Shown here piece after piece: positions 33,360-42,430 of a DNA stretch of 64,000 bases. A model generated the notes under the pieces. It was given only the letters and a program-made list of their open reading frames with translations, was not told where the DNA came from and ran no database searches. Each line of letters opens with the position of its first letter. Position 1 is the first letter of the stretch. Origin of the DNA: a virus; IMG/VR virus record IMGVR_UViG_3300028025_000097, one strand, 5' to 3'. Both the position numbers and the translations under genes were made by a program.

Positions 33360-34227
33360 GCTTATCCCACTTAACGTTTGAATTTATTCTGTCGTAAATA
33401 GTTTGATCTTGTAATCTCGGTTCCGTCCCGACATTCCAGAAGATTATATCACGTCCACTATATTTAGGTACATACTTCCAGGCCTTTCCATCGTAGGTAT
33501 TTACAGTAGGAAATGGTGGCAGATTCTCTGGCCTCTCTACATCCTGAAAGTCCAAAGGCTCTGATATAACTTGAGCTCTTCCAAGTTCACCTGCCTTTAG
33601 GTTTCGTGCAACTGCCACGCAATTAAACTTTGCTTTTGGCCATGCGATCTGAAGTGCTCTTGACAATACACCAGTAGAGATAGCGACATATACTTCTTCT
33701 GGTGCTGGAATCTTACTTGCAACCTTTACTATGCCTGCAGTAACCAGTTCATGTCTCAATCCAAGAGGAACAAAGAATGCGCCATTTTCTTTTGCCCAAT
33801 CTGCAGCTGCTTTATTTAAATTTGGCATAGCAGCGATACGTTTGAACATAGGAATAGCACCGCGTTCTATACAACATGCTTGATGTAATGAAATTTTCTT
33901 TGATGCAGGCATAAACAATACCACTTTCTTATTGTGGCGATTTGCTACATCTAAAAGAGATACACCAGCAAGACCTACACGAGGTTGAGAATATACGATA
34001 GTATCTGAGGGACAGCGTGATATGAGAAGATCTCCGCCTCTTACCTTTGTTCCTGTAATCAAATCATCTCTGACTACTCTGATGCCTTCATGCTCTACGA
34101 TGACTGGTGCAGGATTAGGATCTTCCCATCCTTCTGCCAATGACAAATAGTATTCCTTTGCCGCTTCAAGACCATAGAGACCAACATCTTTGTTGACCCC
34201 ATCAATTACATGATTATCGTGTGACAT
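33349..34227 (-). CDS. PLP-dependent enzyme, fold type II
   Basis: VRDDLITGTKVRG (PLP lysine), VAISTGV, YDGKAW, FWNVG. Confidence 0.8.
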   Translation of the reverse strand: MSHDNHVIDGVNKDVGLYGLEAAKEYYLSLAEGWEDPNPAPVIVEHEGIRVVRDDLITGTKVRGGDLLISRCPSDTIVYSQPRVGLAGVSLLDVANRHNKKVVLFMPASKKISLHQACCIERGAIPMFKRIAAMPNLNKAAADWAKENGAFFVPLGLRHELVTAGIVKVASKIPAPEEVYVAISTGVLSRALQIAWPKAKFNCVAVARNLKAGELGRAQVISEPLDFQDVERPENLPPFPTVNTYDGKAWKYVPKYSGRDIIFWNVGTEPRLQDQTIYDRINSNVKWDKHAQ

Positions 34228-35209
34228 CGTATTTCCCAGTTTTCAGTGACCAATTACTTGGGTAAACCCAATCATAAGGAATTTGCTTAGTCTGCTTCTT
34301 AGTTCCAAACCTCATAGCCATATATTTAAAGTGCATACACAATTTATCTTCTAGGTTTAGATACATATGTGTCGTAATAGGGTTACTCTTATGTTGAGCA
34401 AGATAATCCATCATCTCTACTAACTGATGTCCTTGCTTATTCGTAGGCACGTACTTACCATCTTCATCGACCTCATACTTACACTTACCCATCAAGTTAG
34501 GACCATCAAAGATCTGCTGAAGTCCGTCAAAGAATCCTGTGCCTCCATGCAAAAAACTATTTGGGTCTACCCATTCTGGATGAGACATAGCTACATGGCG
34601 AGATGCGTTCTTACATGGATACATGGCATTCCTAAAACCTTGTTCCTTTACGAAATGCTCGTTTAGAAGCTTAGTAAACTCCATCATAGAATACGGTCTG
34701 TCTTTTGTTCCTAACAATTTAGACAGAGGTTCAGCAGCTCGTTCTGGAACGGTTGCTAACCAGTTATGTACTTTTGTATCTTTAGGATAATAGATCTGAA
34801 ATAGGTCTGAACGCGAATGACGATGATCCTCAAACCGAGTAAGCATCGCAGCTGCACCACCATCTCTCCATGTAATGTATGTTTGCCAGTGTTCATTACT
34901 AAATGAGAACAATAGGCATGCAGTCATGATTCTCAATGGATCGTCGATGACCTTCATCTCATCTACAAATGGGCATTCATGCCAGTGCAAACGATGAGAT
35001 AACTGTTGATAGTTTTGTCTAAGCATAGAATCTTCTCGTTCATCATATGCTCTGCAAAACTCAAAGAACTTTTCAACTCTTTCTTCGAGAGTCCAATCTC
35101 TCATCCAACTATGAACTGGTTTACTCTTATGGTCGAGATCTACGTTTACAAGTGCCTTATAGGCGATATCCTTTGATGTATCTGTAAGTAGTGCTTCAAG
35201 ATTATTCAT
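34214..35209 (-). CDS. aGPT-Pplase-like amino-acid:DNA transferase (HhH glycosylase fold)
   Basis: EDSMLR, GGTGFFDGL, NLEDKLCMHFKY parallel the D.IL / GPGA..GL / E..LCE..KY family motifs. Confidence 0.6.
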   Translation of the reverse strand: MNNLEALLTDTSKDIAYKALVNVDLDHKSKPVHSWMRDWTLEERVEKFFEFCRAYDEREDSMLRQNYQQLSHRLHWHECPFVDEMKVIDDPLRIMTACLLFSFSNEHWQTYITWRDGGAAAMLTRFEDHRHSRSDLFQIYYPKDTKVHNWLATVPERAAEPLSKLLGTKDRPYSMMEFTKLLNEHFVKEQGFRNAMYPCKNASRHVAMSHPEWVDPNSFLHGGTGFFDGLQQIFDGPNLMGKCKYEVDEDGKYVPTNKQGHQLVEMMDYLAQHKSNPITTHMYLNLEDKLCMHFKYMAMRFGTKKQTKQIPYDWVYPSNWSLKTGKYDVTR

Positions 35210-36375
35210 AGAGCGGCGACCATTTGTTTGTACTGATCTACAGTCAATCCTGCTTGTTTAAGAATAGCGTCATCAGAAGGATGAGACTTCATACCATTAA
35301 ACGTCTTAACGATGCCAAGATCTAACATGGCTTTCTGACGTCCATATGGATGATCTTTGATCTTACAGCTAGACCATACTGCATCAAAATCTAAATGATC
35401 ATATGCGGCACCAGGACGAACATAGTTTTCTACCCATCGAATGAAATCGCAGCATACGTCTTCAGCATTATAAGGCAATGATCCAGTGTCTTCGTAGATC
35501 TTTGTCATGACTGCATCCAAGAACTGTTCTTGTTGCATCTTCTTTACTGGCTTTGCGAGATAAGAAATACACTCTACAGCATTAGTACCGTAATAAAACA
35601 TGCTTTCTTTATTGACATATTGAGGATACCAATCAGCAACGTCTGCGACGACAGCTGCATATTGAAACCTATACGCATTTATGCCATTTCGTTTGTTCCA
35701 ATTCAACATGAATTCACCAAGTTCACGAAGATCTTTCTTCGATCCACTTGATTCTAACCATTCAGCCATCTCTCGAGCAAGGTGAGGAGCAAACTCAGTT
35801 AGATAATAGTCTCCGCTACGCTTATATCCAGATCCCGCTGGTGGTTTAGGAAAGCTAGGAAACTGATAGCCAATTGAAGTATAAAATGGTTGTGGATAAT
35901 GATTGACGAGTTTAGTCATCTCTTCAATAGTTTTACACTGATAGAGATGCAATAGAAGTGTGTTATGATACCCAGATGGTTTGGTCGAGTAATTGATAGC
36001 ACTACCAGTTACTCTATGAAGAATAAAGATGTACAACCATTCTGGTAATTTAAAGTCAGAGTGTTTACCAGTCCATGATTTAGCTACCATATCTCGTTGT
36101 CGTGTATGAACGCCTGCTTGCATCTTACGCCAATATGGATGTTGATCTGTCCATCCGTAAAAGCAATCATTAACAATCTGAGAGAATCCAGCATACTTAC
36201 GTTCAACTACATCATATAGATGCACATGATGAAGCAGCTCATCGCCCATATTAGATTCTTCATGAGCCATCATGCCATATGGTTCATCGTCTGCTACATT
36301 ACACTTGATCTGTTGATCTAATGCAAGCTTATAATATCTGACGTATTCATCGTAATATTGAGTAGGTTCAATCAT
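35206..36375 (-). CDS. aGPT-Pplase-like amino-acid:DNA transferase (HhH glycosylase fold)
   Basis: DELLHHVHLYDVVER, FQYAAVVAD, YGTNAVECI, AEDVCCDFIRW. Confidence 0.6.
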   Translation of the reverse strand: MIEPTQYYDEYVRYYKLALDQQIKCNVADDEPYGMMAHEESNMGDELLHHVHLYDVVERKYAGFSQIVNDCFYGWTDQHPYWRKMQAGVHTRQRDMVAKSWTGKHSDFKLPEWLYIFILHRVTGSAINYSTKPSGYHNTLLLHLYQCKTIEEMTKLVNHYPQPFYTSIGYQFPSFPKPPAGSGYKRSGDYYLTEFAPHLAREMAEWLESSGSKKDLRELGEFMLNWNKRNGINAYRFQYAAVVADVADWYPQYVNKESMFYYGTNAVECISYLAKPVKKMQQEQFLDAVMTKIYEDTGSLPYNAEDVCCDFIRWVENYVRPGAAYDHLDFDAVWSSCKIKDHPYGRQKAMLDLGIVKTFNGMKSHPSDDAILKQAGLTVDQYKQMVAAL

Positions 36376-36785
36376 AGTATATCTTTTAGTCTTTGAATTA
36401 TATCTTGATGACGCTGCGGGTCATTTAGATTACGATTACGAGGAGAAGGATGATCAATCATCATATGATTAATTTTGTACTTCTTAAGTACACGACTTAC
36501 AAATCCACCTAAAGCAACCACTACTCGCTTATTGCTTGTTCTTTCAAACAAGAGATTGCAATCTACGTCATCAATATTAAGCGAATTGATCTTATCAGGA
36601 ATTACATTATGGAAGTCCCATTCATATATTCCTGCAGAATTACACCACTTCTTTAAAGTGTTGAATGATCCGTTTGAGAAAGGTTCTGTTTTAGTAGAAG
36701 GACAAATGCCAATAAAAATGATTTCATCTGATCGTTTATGATCAGGCATGAAATCCACCATATCACGCAAGCCAGACTTTATCAT
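36372..36785 (-). CDS. uracil-DNA glycosylase superfamily protein (minimal)
   Basis: IFIGICPS, VVALG, HPSPRN. Confidence 0.7.
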   Translation of the reverse strand: MIKSGLRDMVDFMPDHKRSDEIIFIGICPSTKTEPFSNGSFNTLKKWCNSAGIYEWDFHNVIPDKINSLNIDDVDCNLLFERTSNKRVVVALGGFVSRVLKKYKINHMMIDHPSPRNRNLNDPQRHQDIIQRLKDIL

Positions 36786-37230
36786 ACCAATTTACACTCA
36801 CGCCCGCTTCTTTAAACATGCTATAAGATTGTTCGCCAGATACTTTCCACTTTTCAGGGATATCAGCTTTCATTATCTCTGGAGTATATATGACTACTCT
36901 TTTAATACCAACTTGGATAACGCCTTTAGCACACTCCGAACAAACAGGTAAGCCATAAACGTAAAGAGTAGCTCCATTCAAACTTACTCCGTTGAGTGTA
37001 GCATTATAGATACAATTCATTTCAGCATGAACTACATATTTATACTTCTCTTCACGATCATTTAAACGTGCTGATGTATCATCAATACCACGAGGAAAAC
37101 CATTGTATCCTTGGGATAGAATCTGTCCTCTTATACCAGTAGTGATAGATCCAACTTTAATAGATGGATCCTTAGACCACGTTGAGATATGACGCGCTAA
37201 CTCGCTATACTTCATGTCCCAGTTTGTCAT
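36763..37230 (-). CDS. cd: dCMP deaminase
   Basis: SKDPS, GYNGFPRG, HAEMN, PVCSEC. Confidence 0.93.
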   Translation of the reverse strand: MTNWDMKYSELARHISTWSKDPSIKVGSITTGIRGQILSQGYNGFPRGIDDTSARLNDREEKYKYVVHAEMNCIYNATLNGVSLNGATLYVYGLPVCSECAKGVIQVGIKRVVIYTPEIMKADIPEKWKVSGEQSYSMFKEAGVSVNWYDKVWLA

Positions 37231-37883
37231 TTGATTAACCCAAAATGTCTTTCATATACGTGCAACGACCCGACATTCCAGACAATATTGCCTAGTTGAA
37301 GTGCTAGATCATCACATAGCTGAAGAGCAACATACTGCTGCCACGCGAAGTCATTTTTATATCCGAACACCACATCATTAGATCTCATGTTTACGATAGC
37401 ATGTAAGCGATCATAACGAATCAAATACTGAACGGTATTGGTGCACATAAAGTCATTCATGCCAAGGAATTTATAATCATAGTGCATGAATGGACGAGTG
37501 TAAATCATCACAGCCCGACGAGAATTGGGATTCTGTTGTAGTTCCTTTAATACATTCTCGTACTGATTACCGTTTTCCTGGCTATAGATGCACCAACCAT
37601 AGTTAGAATTAATATAACCATGTTCATCTGCTACTTGTTTCCAAATTTCAGGTGCACCACCAGGAATATCATGTACACTTAATGACTGCGATTTATACCA
37701 CTCGAGTTCACGAGCAACATAATCAGTATTCACTGTGCCAAAGATCGACGGTTCATCAGCGATAAACTGTGCACCAGCCAATTCAAGAGTCTTAACGCCA
37801 GTCTTATCGATTACAAAATCTTCAGACCTAAGAGCAAGATTAAAATATTCACGAATAGAACTAACAGTATTGTGTCGCATCAT
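37227..37883 (-). CDS. gp42: dCMP hydroxymethylase (T4 gp42-like)
   Basis: DKTGVKT, RELEWYKS, INSNYGW, DFMCTNTVQYLIR, NMRSNDVVFGYKNDFAWQ (Asp at the dCMP-specificity position), WNVGSLHVY. Confidence 0.9.
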   Translation of the reverse strand: MMRHNTVSSIREYFNLALRSEDFVIDKTGVKTLELAGAQFIADEPSIFGTVNTDYVARELEWYKSQSLSVHDIPGGAPEIWKQVADEHGYINSNYGWCIYSQENGNQYENVLKELQQNPNSRRAVMIYTRPFMHYDYKFLGMNDFMCTNTVQYLIRYDRLHAIVNMRSNDVVFGYKNDFAWQQYVALQLCDDLALQLGNIVWNVGSLHVYERHFGLIK

Positions 37884-38307
37884 CTACCATTCCTTTAATA
37901 GCAAGTGCTGTATCAGTACCAACATAAACATTATCAGAAACTTGCGCAAATGTCTCTGGCCAGAGACGCTCTGTTTCTGTTACTTTCTTATTGAGGAAGT
38001 TACGAGTTGGATCTTGACCTTCCATCTTGCCTCGCATATAAGACACGAAGAATGAACCATAGTTAATAAGATCGATAGCAGAATCTTCTAAACTTTCGAA
38101 GTTAGGTTTATAGTTCTTATCATTTTCCATAGCTTCCATAACAGAGTACATGCGAAGCACTTTGCTATGAATCAAATCCAGAATAGTGGCACAACCATGT
38201 GGATAGTACTGTGCTTGCTTAATGCGTGATTCTGCATTCTGATAGTCATTAGACTTTTTGTTTTGAATAGCTGCTGCTTCTTCAAGAGCTTTAAGAGATT
38301 CTTTCAT
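37861..38307 (-). CDS. nucleotide-modification-associated domain 1 (Nmad1/DUF1599-like)
   Basis: KKSNDY, K..R, ESLEDSAIDLINY. Confidence 0.7.
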   Translation of the reverse strand: MKESLKALEEAAAIQNKKSNDYQNAESRIKQAQYYPHGCATILDLIHSKVLRMYSVMEAMENDKNYKPNFESLEDSAIDLINYGSFFVSYMRGKMEGQDPTRNFLNKKVTETERLWPETFAQVSDNVYVGTDTALAIKGMVDDATQYC

Positions 38308-38312
38308 ATATT

Positions 38313-38819
38313 TTATCCTTTCACTCGATAATAATAACCATCGTATTTAGATTCTTGTAGATTTTTTAATACGTGATCAGCACTTTCTAACTTAAGGTAT
38401 TCAAATGTAATTTTATCATCAACTTCTAATGGTCTAAGAGGCCTATTCATATGATAGAATGCGAAGTGTGTCAAATTATTATTTTCAAATGCCTTTTTCA
38501 TCCAAGGAATATTGCGTATTTTTTCCTTTGGAATACTATAGTATTTAGTATTGACACATTTTACATCTATTTTATATTCATGTACACAGAAATCATGTAC
38601 TTTATCATAAGATTTTTCTACTAATTTTCTTTGAATTAAAGTATATTCTAATAAAGTGTAGTCTGCATCTATCATTCTTTCTTCAAGAGTTCTTCCACAT
38701 GGTAAAAGAAGTTCAACTTGAGCATCACGATATTCTATAAAGTCTTGATCTACTATAACTTCTCCTAAAGATTCAACTGACTCTCTAAGATAAGAATCTA
38801 GTTCACGCATTTTCATCAA
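38313..38819 (-). CDS. hypothetical protein, possible PD-(D/E)xK nuclease
   Basis: HDF...IDVK; noticeably AT-rich gene. Confidence 0.45.
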   Translation of the reverse strand: MMKMRELDSYLRESVESLGEVIVDQDFIEYRDAQVELLLPCGRTLEERMIDADYTLLEYTLIQRKLVEKSYDKVHDFCVHEYKIDVKCVNTKYYSIPKEKIRNIPWMKKAFENNNLTHFAFYHMNRPLRPLEVDDKITFEYLKLESADHVLKNLQESKYDGYYYRVKG

Positions 38820-39213
38820 ACAGCATTCCTAATAGACCAACATTATCTTTATGACTCGGGGCAATCCAACCTTCTGGTTTAATGAGATCTGGAAGACCAA
38901 GAGGATTTGGACGACTTGGTTTGATTCCAACCATCTTATTCATATTAGCTTTATGTACTTCATCCCAAGCAAGACGAGCGTCTACATCAAACAAATCAAG
39001 TGTACCAATAGCAACTACGCAAAGATCAATTAAAGCATCTACTACATCATCTGCGGTTTCAGCTGTACTTAGTTCATTCATTTCTTCTTCAAGAAACTTG
39101 ATACGAAACTCTAAGAACTTATTTAGCTTTTCTTTATCAAAAGCTTGAACTTTATCAAATACACCATACTTTTCGTGCATGATCATAATATCATGCGCCC
39201 AATTGTTACTCAT
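38803..39213 (-). CDS. MazG-like NTP pyrophosphohydrolase
   Basis: FLEEEMNE, VDALIDL, WDEVHKANM.K, KPEGW. Confidence 0.85.
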   Translation of the reverse strand: MSNNWAHDIMIMHEKYGVFDKVQAFDKEKLNKFLEFRIKFLEEEMNELSTAETADDVVDALIDLCVVAIGTLDLFDVDARLAWDEVHKANMNKMVGIKPSRPNPLGLPDLIKPEGWIAPSHKDNVGLLGMLFDENA

Positions 39214-39228
39214 AATTTATCTCCACAA

Positions 39229-39573
39229 TTAAGAACAGTGTTTTCTAGTCATCTTCCAGCATGAACACATCTTACACATTTTATCTGGATCTTGTACAAA
39301 ACATTCCGGTGATCCATACTGAATGTATTCATCTTTACCTTTCACTTTAGGTTTAGGTTTAGGTTTAGGATCTTCTTCATTCACGTATTGTAGTTTTACT
39401 CGACCATCATGACCATGAATTTCTATGATATGATCTTTACAATCAAAGAAAGCCATACCAGTTATCTTTTTGTAATTAGCGTTTAGCCAATTTAAAGCAC
39501 AACGACCATCAGTAAAGATTACACCTTCAGCAACGATTATATCATTATCCTGTATTAAATTAAACAGTTTCAT
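39229..39573 (-). CDS. hypothetical protein
   Basis: VAEGVIFTDG...IHGHDG; PK repeat; Cys-rich tail. Confidence 0.65.
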   Translation of the reverse strand: MKLFNLIQDNDIIVAEGVIFTDGRCALNWLNANYKKITGMAFFDCKDHIIEIHGHDGRVKLQYVNEEDPKPKPKPKVKGKDEYIQYGSPECFVQDPDKMCKMCSCWKMTRKHCS

Positions 39574-40112
39574 AGTGCTAACTTCGCTGGTTTTTGACGT
39601 TTCTGAACTTTAAGAGCTTGTCGCTTTGCGCGATCTAACAATGCTTTGTTTGCTCTCTGTGTAAAGTTGATTCCTTCAAGGTGATCCATCTCATGGAGAA
39701 AACATCGAGCTGTCATTCCTACAAATTGTTGGGTAGTTGTTTCTCCAAATGCATTCGTAAAACGAGCTTTAACAAACATAGGACGCTTGATCTTTACATA
39801 CATAAATGGATATGAAAGGCATCCTTCATCTAGATTAACTTCCTCAGGAGAAACTTCGATTATACGCGGGTTATAGCATACTATAGCTTCTTCTGCTCGC
39901 ATCACGAACACTCTCCATGGAAGTCCTACTTGATTTGCTGATAGCCCCATGCCTGAGTTATGATTCATGGTTGCTATCAAGCAATTAGCCAGATAAACGG
40001 GAGGTAAAGGAGGATTCTCGAAATCAAACCGTTTAGTAGGTTCAAATAGAATAGGATGAGTATTTGGTACTAAAGGTAGTATGTCGTGAGTCAGTAATGT
40101 TTCTTCTGTCAT
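39570..40112 (-). CDS. def: peptide deformylase
   Basis: GMGLSANQ, EGCLS, HEMDH. Confidence 0.93.
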   Translation of the reverse strand: MTEETLLTHDILPLVPNTHPILFEPTKRFDFENPPLPPVYLANCLIATMNHNSGMGLSANQVGLPWRVFVMRAEEAIVCYNPRIIEVSPEEVNLDEGCLSYPFMYVKIKRPMFVKARFTNAFGETTTQQFVGMTARCFLHEMDHLEGINFTQRANKALLDRAKRQALKVQKRQKPAKLAL

Positions 40113-40126
40113 GTTTTATCTCAATA

Positions 40127-41842
40127 TCATGCAGCAATACGGCTGAAATTTTTATGTTTTTCGAATTTAATCACGGAATGGAACTTATCATAGAGCGCAT
40201 CACCTTTATGACTAATGATGAATACATTCGTATCAGATGCCAAGGATTGCAAGATCTTTAAGAATTCTTCTGTTCCCGAATTATCAAGTGAAGAATCAAA
40301 AATTTCATCCATTATAAGCAAATTAGTACTAGCGCTATTGCGCAACTTTGATATGGCTCTCCAAGTAAATAGTAGTGCCAAATCGATACGTAGTTTTTCG
40401 CCTTCTGAAAAAGATTGGTAACTAAATTCATCTCTAAACCTCGATTTAATTTTCTCTTCAAAGCTCTCATTAAGTTCAAAGTTAACAAAAAAGTCCATAG
40501 ATGCTAAATATTTATTGATCAGCTTATTCATAACTGGAATATACTGCTTAATGATTTTAGTCTTGATTCCGGTGTCTTTTAATAGGTTAGCAGCGATATC
40601 ATGCAATAACTTCTGTTCGACTAAGTGATTCTTTTTGCTAATGTTCTCTGTTAATTCTGCTGACAATACTTCTAGTTGGTTGCCATCAACGTCAATCTTA
40701 GACGTCTGTGATTCAATCGACTTAATACTATTAACGTGTGATTGCATGATATTTTCAATCAATCGGATCTGATGGATATATTCATCTATTCCATGATTAT
40801 TGGCATCAATCTCTGCTTGTATTTCTTCAATCTCTCGCATACGATCATAGCACTTACTCTTTTCTTCTTTGAGTTTAACGAGTGCTTCTTCTAATTCTGT
40901 TTGCTGATCATGGCGAGTAGAGATTCTATCTTGCTTAAAATCAACTTGTAATTCTTGTTTACAAGTTGGACAGTTATCATTATCATGATAGAATCCAATT
41001 TCTTTTTCAATCTTCTTACGCTTATCATGGATCTGATATTCTAGATCATCAAGTTTCTTAAGTTTACTCGTCATCTTAGATTGATCAGCGATTTTTTCTC
41101 TTAGACCAGTATTTTGATTTTGTGTCTGTTTTTGAAGATCTACCCATTTATAATAGTCTTTCTGAGCGACTTCCATCTTTGCTTTGTATTCTGCAATCAG
41201 TTCATCGTTGTTTTGTTTAAGCTTTTCGATGTTCTGTTTATATAATTCAATCTTCTGTTCCGTAAGACGAATCTGCATATCAGTTCTAGTAATATCGTCT
41301 CTGTTCTGTTGCATCTTGCCTTTAAGCAGTACGTTCATGGTAGAGAAGATCTGAATGTCAAGCAAGTCTTCAATCACTTCACGACGATGTGCTGCAGGCA
41401 ATTGCATAAATGGAGTAAACGAAGCTGATCCAAGAACTACGATCTGAGAAAAAGATTTATGATTCAGTTTAAGGATCTGTTTCTCAAACATCTCTTGATA
41501 ATCTTTCATCTCAGCATTTTGATTGATCATCTTTCCGCTTTGATAGACTTCAAAGACATTAGGCTTCATTCCGCGTACGATCTTATACGAATGCTTGCCA
41601 ATATCAAACATAAGTTCAACTAAAAGATTTTTTCCATTAATAGAATTCATAAGCTGTGGCTTATTGATCTTTCGAAATGGTTTACCATATAGACCATAAG
41701 ATAACGCATCTAGAATGGTGGACTTACCAGCGCCATTATCTCCTACGATCAATGTAGTCTTTGAGCGTGAAAGATCAATTTCAGTAAAGGAATTTCCTGT
41801 CGACAGAAAATTTTTCCAGCGCAGGGTCTTAAAAATAATCAT
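40127..41842 (-). CDS. gp46: recombination endonuclease ATPase subunit (SbcC/Rad50-like)
   Basis: GDNGAGKS, CPTC zinc hook, FSEGEK, MDEIFDSSLD. Confidence 0.95.
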   Translation of the reverse strand: MIIFKTLRWKNFLSTGNSFTEIDLSRSKTTLIVGDNGAGKSTILDALSYGLYGKPFRKINKPQLMNSINGKNLLVELMFDIGKHSYKIVRGMKPNVFEVYQSGKMINQNAEMKDYQEMFEKQILKLNHKSFSQIVVLGSASFTPFMQLPAAHRREVIEDLLDIQIFSTMNVLLKGKMQQNRDDITRTDMQIRLTEQKIELYKQNIEKLKQNNDELIAEYKAKMEVAQKDYYKWVDLQKQTQNQNTGLREKIADQSKMTSKLKKLDDLEYQIHDKRKKIEKEIGFYHDNDNCPTCKQELQVDFKQDRISTRHDQQTELEEALVKLKEEKSKCYDRMREIEEIQAEIDANNHGIDEYIHQIRLIENIMQSHVNSIKSIESQTSKIDVDGNQLEVLSAELTENISKKNHLVEQKLLHDIAANLLKDTGIKTKIIKQYIPVMNKLINKYLASMDFFVNFELNESFEEKIKSRFRDEFSYQSFSEGEKLRIDLALLFTWRAISKLRNSASTNLLIMDEIFDSSLDNSGTEEFLKILQSLASDTNVFIISHKGDALYDKFHSVIKFEKHKNFSRIAA

Positions 41843-42429
41843 ACTAAATCTATATCCGTATTAAAAGCTACGCTTATTCTTACGTCATCACTATTATTTA
41901 ATTGCACACTATGCTCTAACCACGAGGGAAAAATTATAAGTCTACCAACTTTTGGTTCATAGTTAATAGTAGAATGCGTGGCATACGTGCTCGTATTTGT
42001 AAACGAATTCCACCAAAAATTTGTGAATGATGATGGGTGTTCGAATACTATCTTACCACAGTTTTCAGATATTTGTACATAGTAGGCAGCAGAAAAAAAC
42101 GAAGTAGGATGATTATGCCTTATGTTACTATTTCCTTTGCGATTCAAGTTTAACCAAAAATTACTCATGAATACTTGCATATTTGGCTTGATGCCGAGTT
42201 CTGTAGCCGCTTCACGTGCTTTGAGTTCTACAATTTGACCAAGTTTAAGTAGCTCTTCATTCTCGCAATCGTTTAAATGAAAATCATTACTCTGCCAACC
42301 ACCATAATTTGAAAGGATTCTTCCTTCATTCTTTTTAGATAACTTAGTCGCGTACTTGACAATCTTTTTGTTGTCAATTTCATCGAGATCAAAGAACCAT
42401 ATAGGAGTAGGAAACCAATATTCTACCAT
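41839..42429 (-). CDS. putative 2OG-Fe(II) oxygenase (TIGR02466-like)
   Basis: SNYGGWQS, HNH, SAAYY, IFPSWLEHSV, RISVAFN. Confidence 0.8.
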   Translation of the reverse strand: MVEYWFPTPIWFFDLDEIDNKKIVKYATKLSKKNEGRILSNYGGWQSNDFHLNDCENEELLKLGQIVELKAREAATELGIKPNMQVFMSNFWLNLNRKGNSNIRHNHPTSFFSAAYYVQISENCGKIVFEHPSSFTNFWWNSFTNTSTYATHSTINYEPKVGRLIIFPSWLEHSVQLNNSDDVRISVAFNTDIDLV

Positions 42430-42430
42430 A

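Noticed and set aside
37227-37883. Ordinary thymidylate synthase or dUMP hydroxymethylase
   Set aside because: Sequence tracks T4 gp42 and has Asp rather than Asn at the pyrimidine-specificity position
39346-39369. (TTTAGG)4 telomere-like repeat
   Set aside because: Simply encodes a Pro-Lys linker within an ORF
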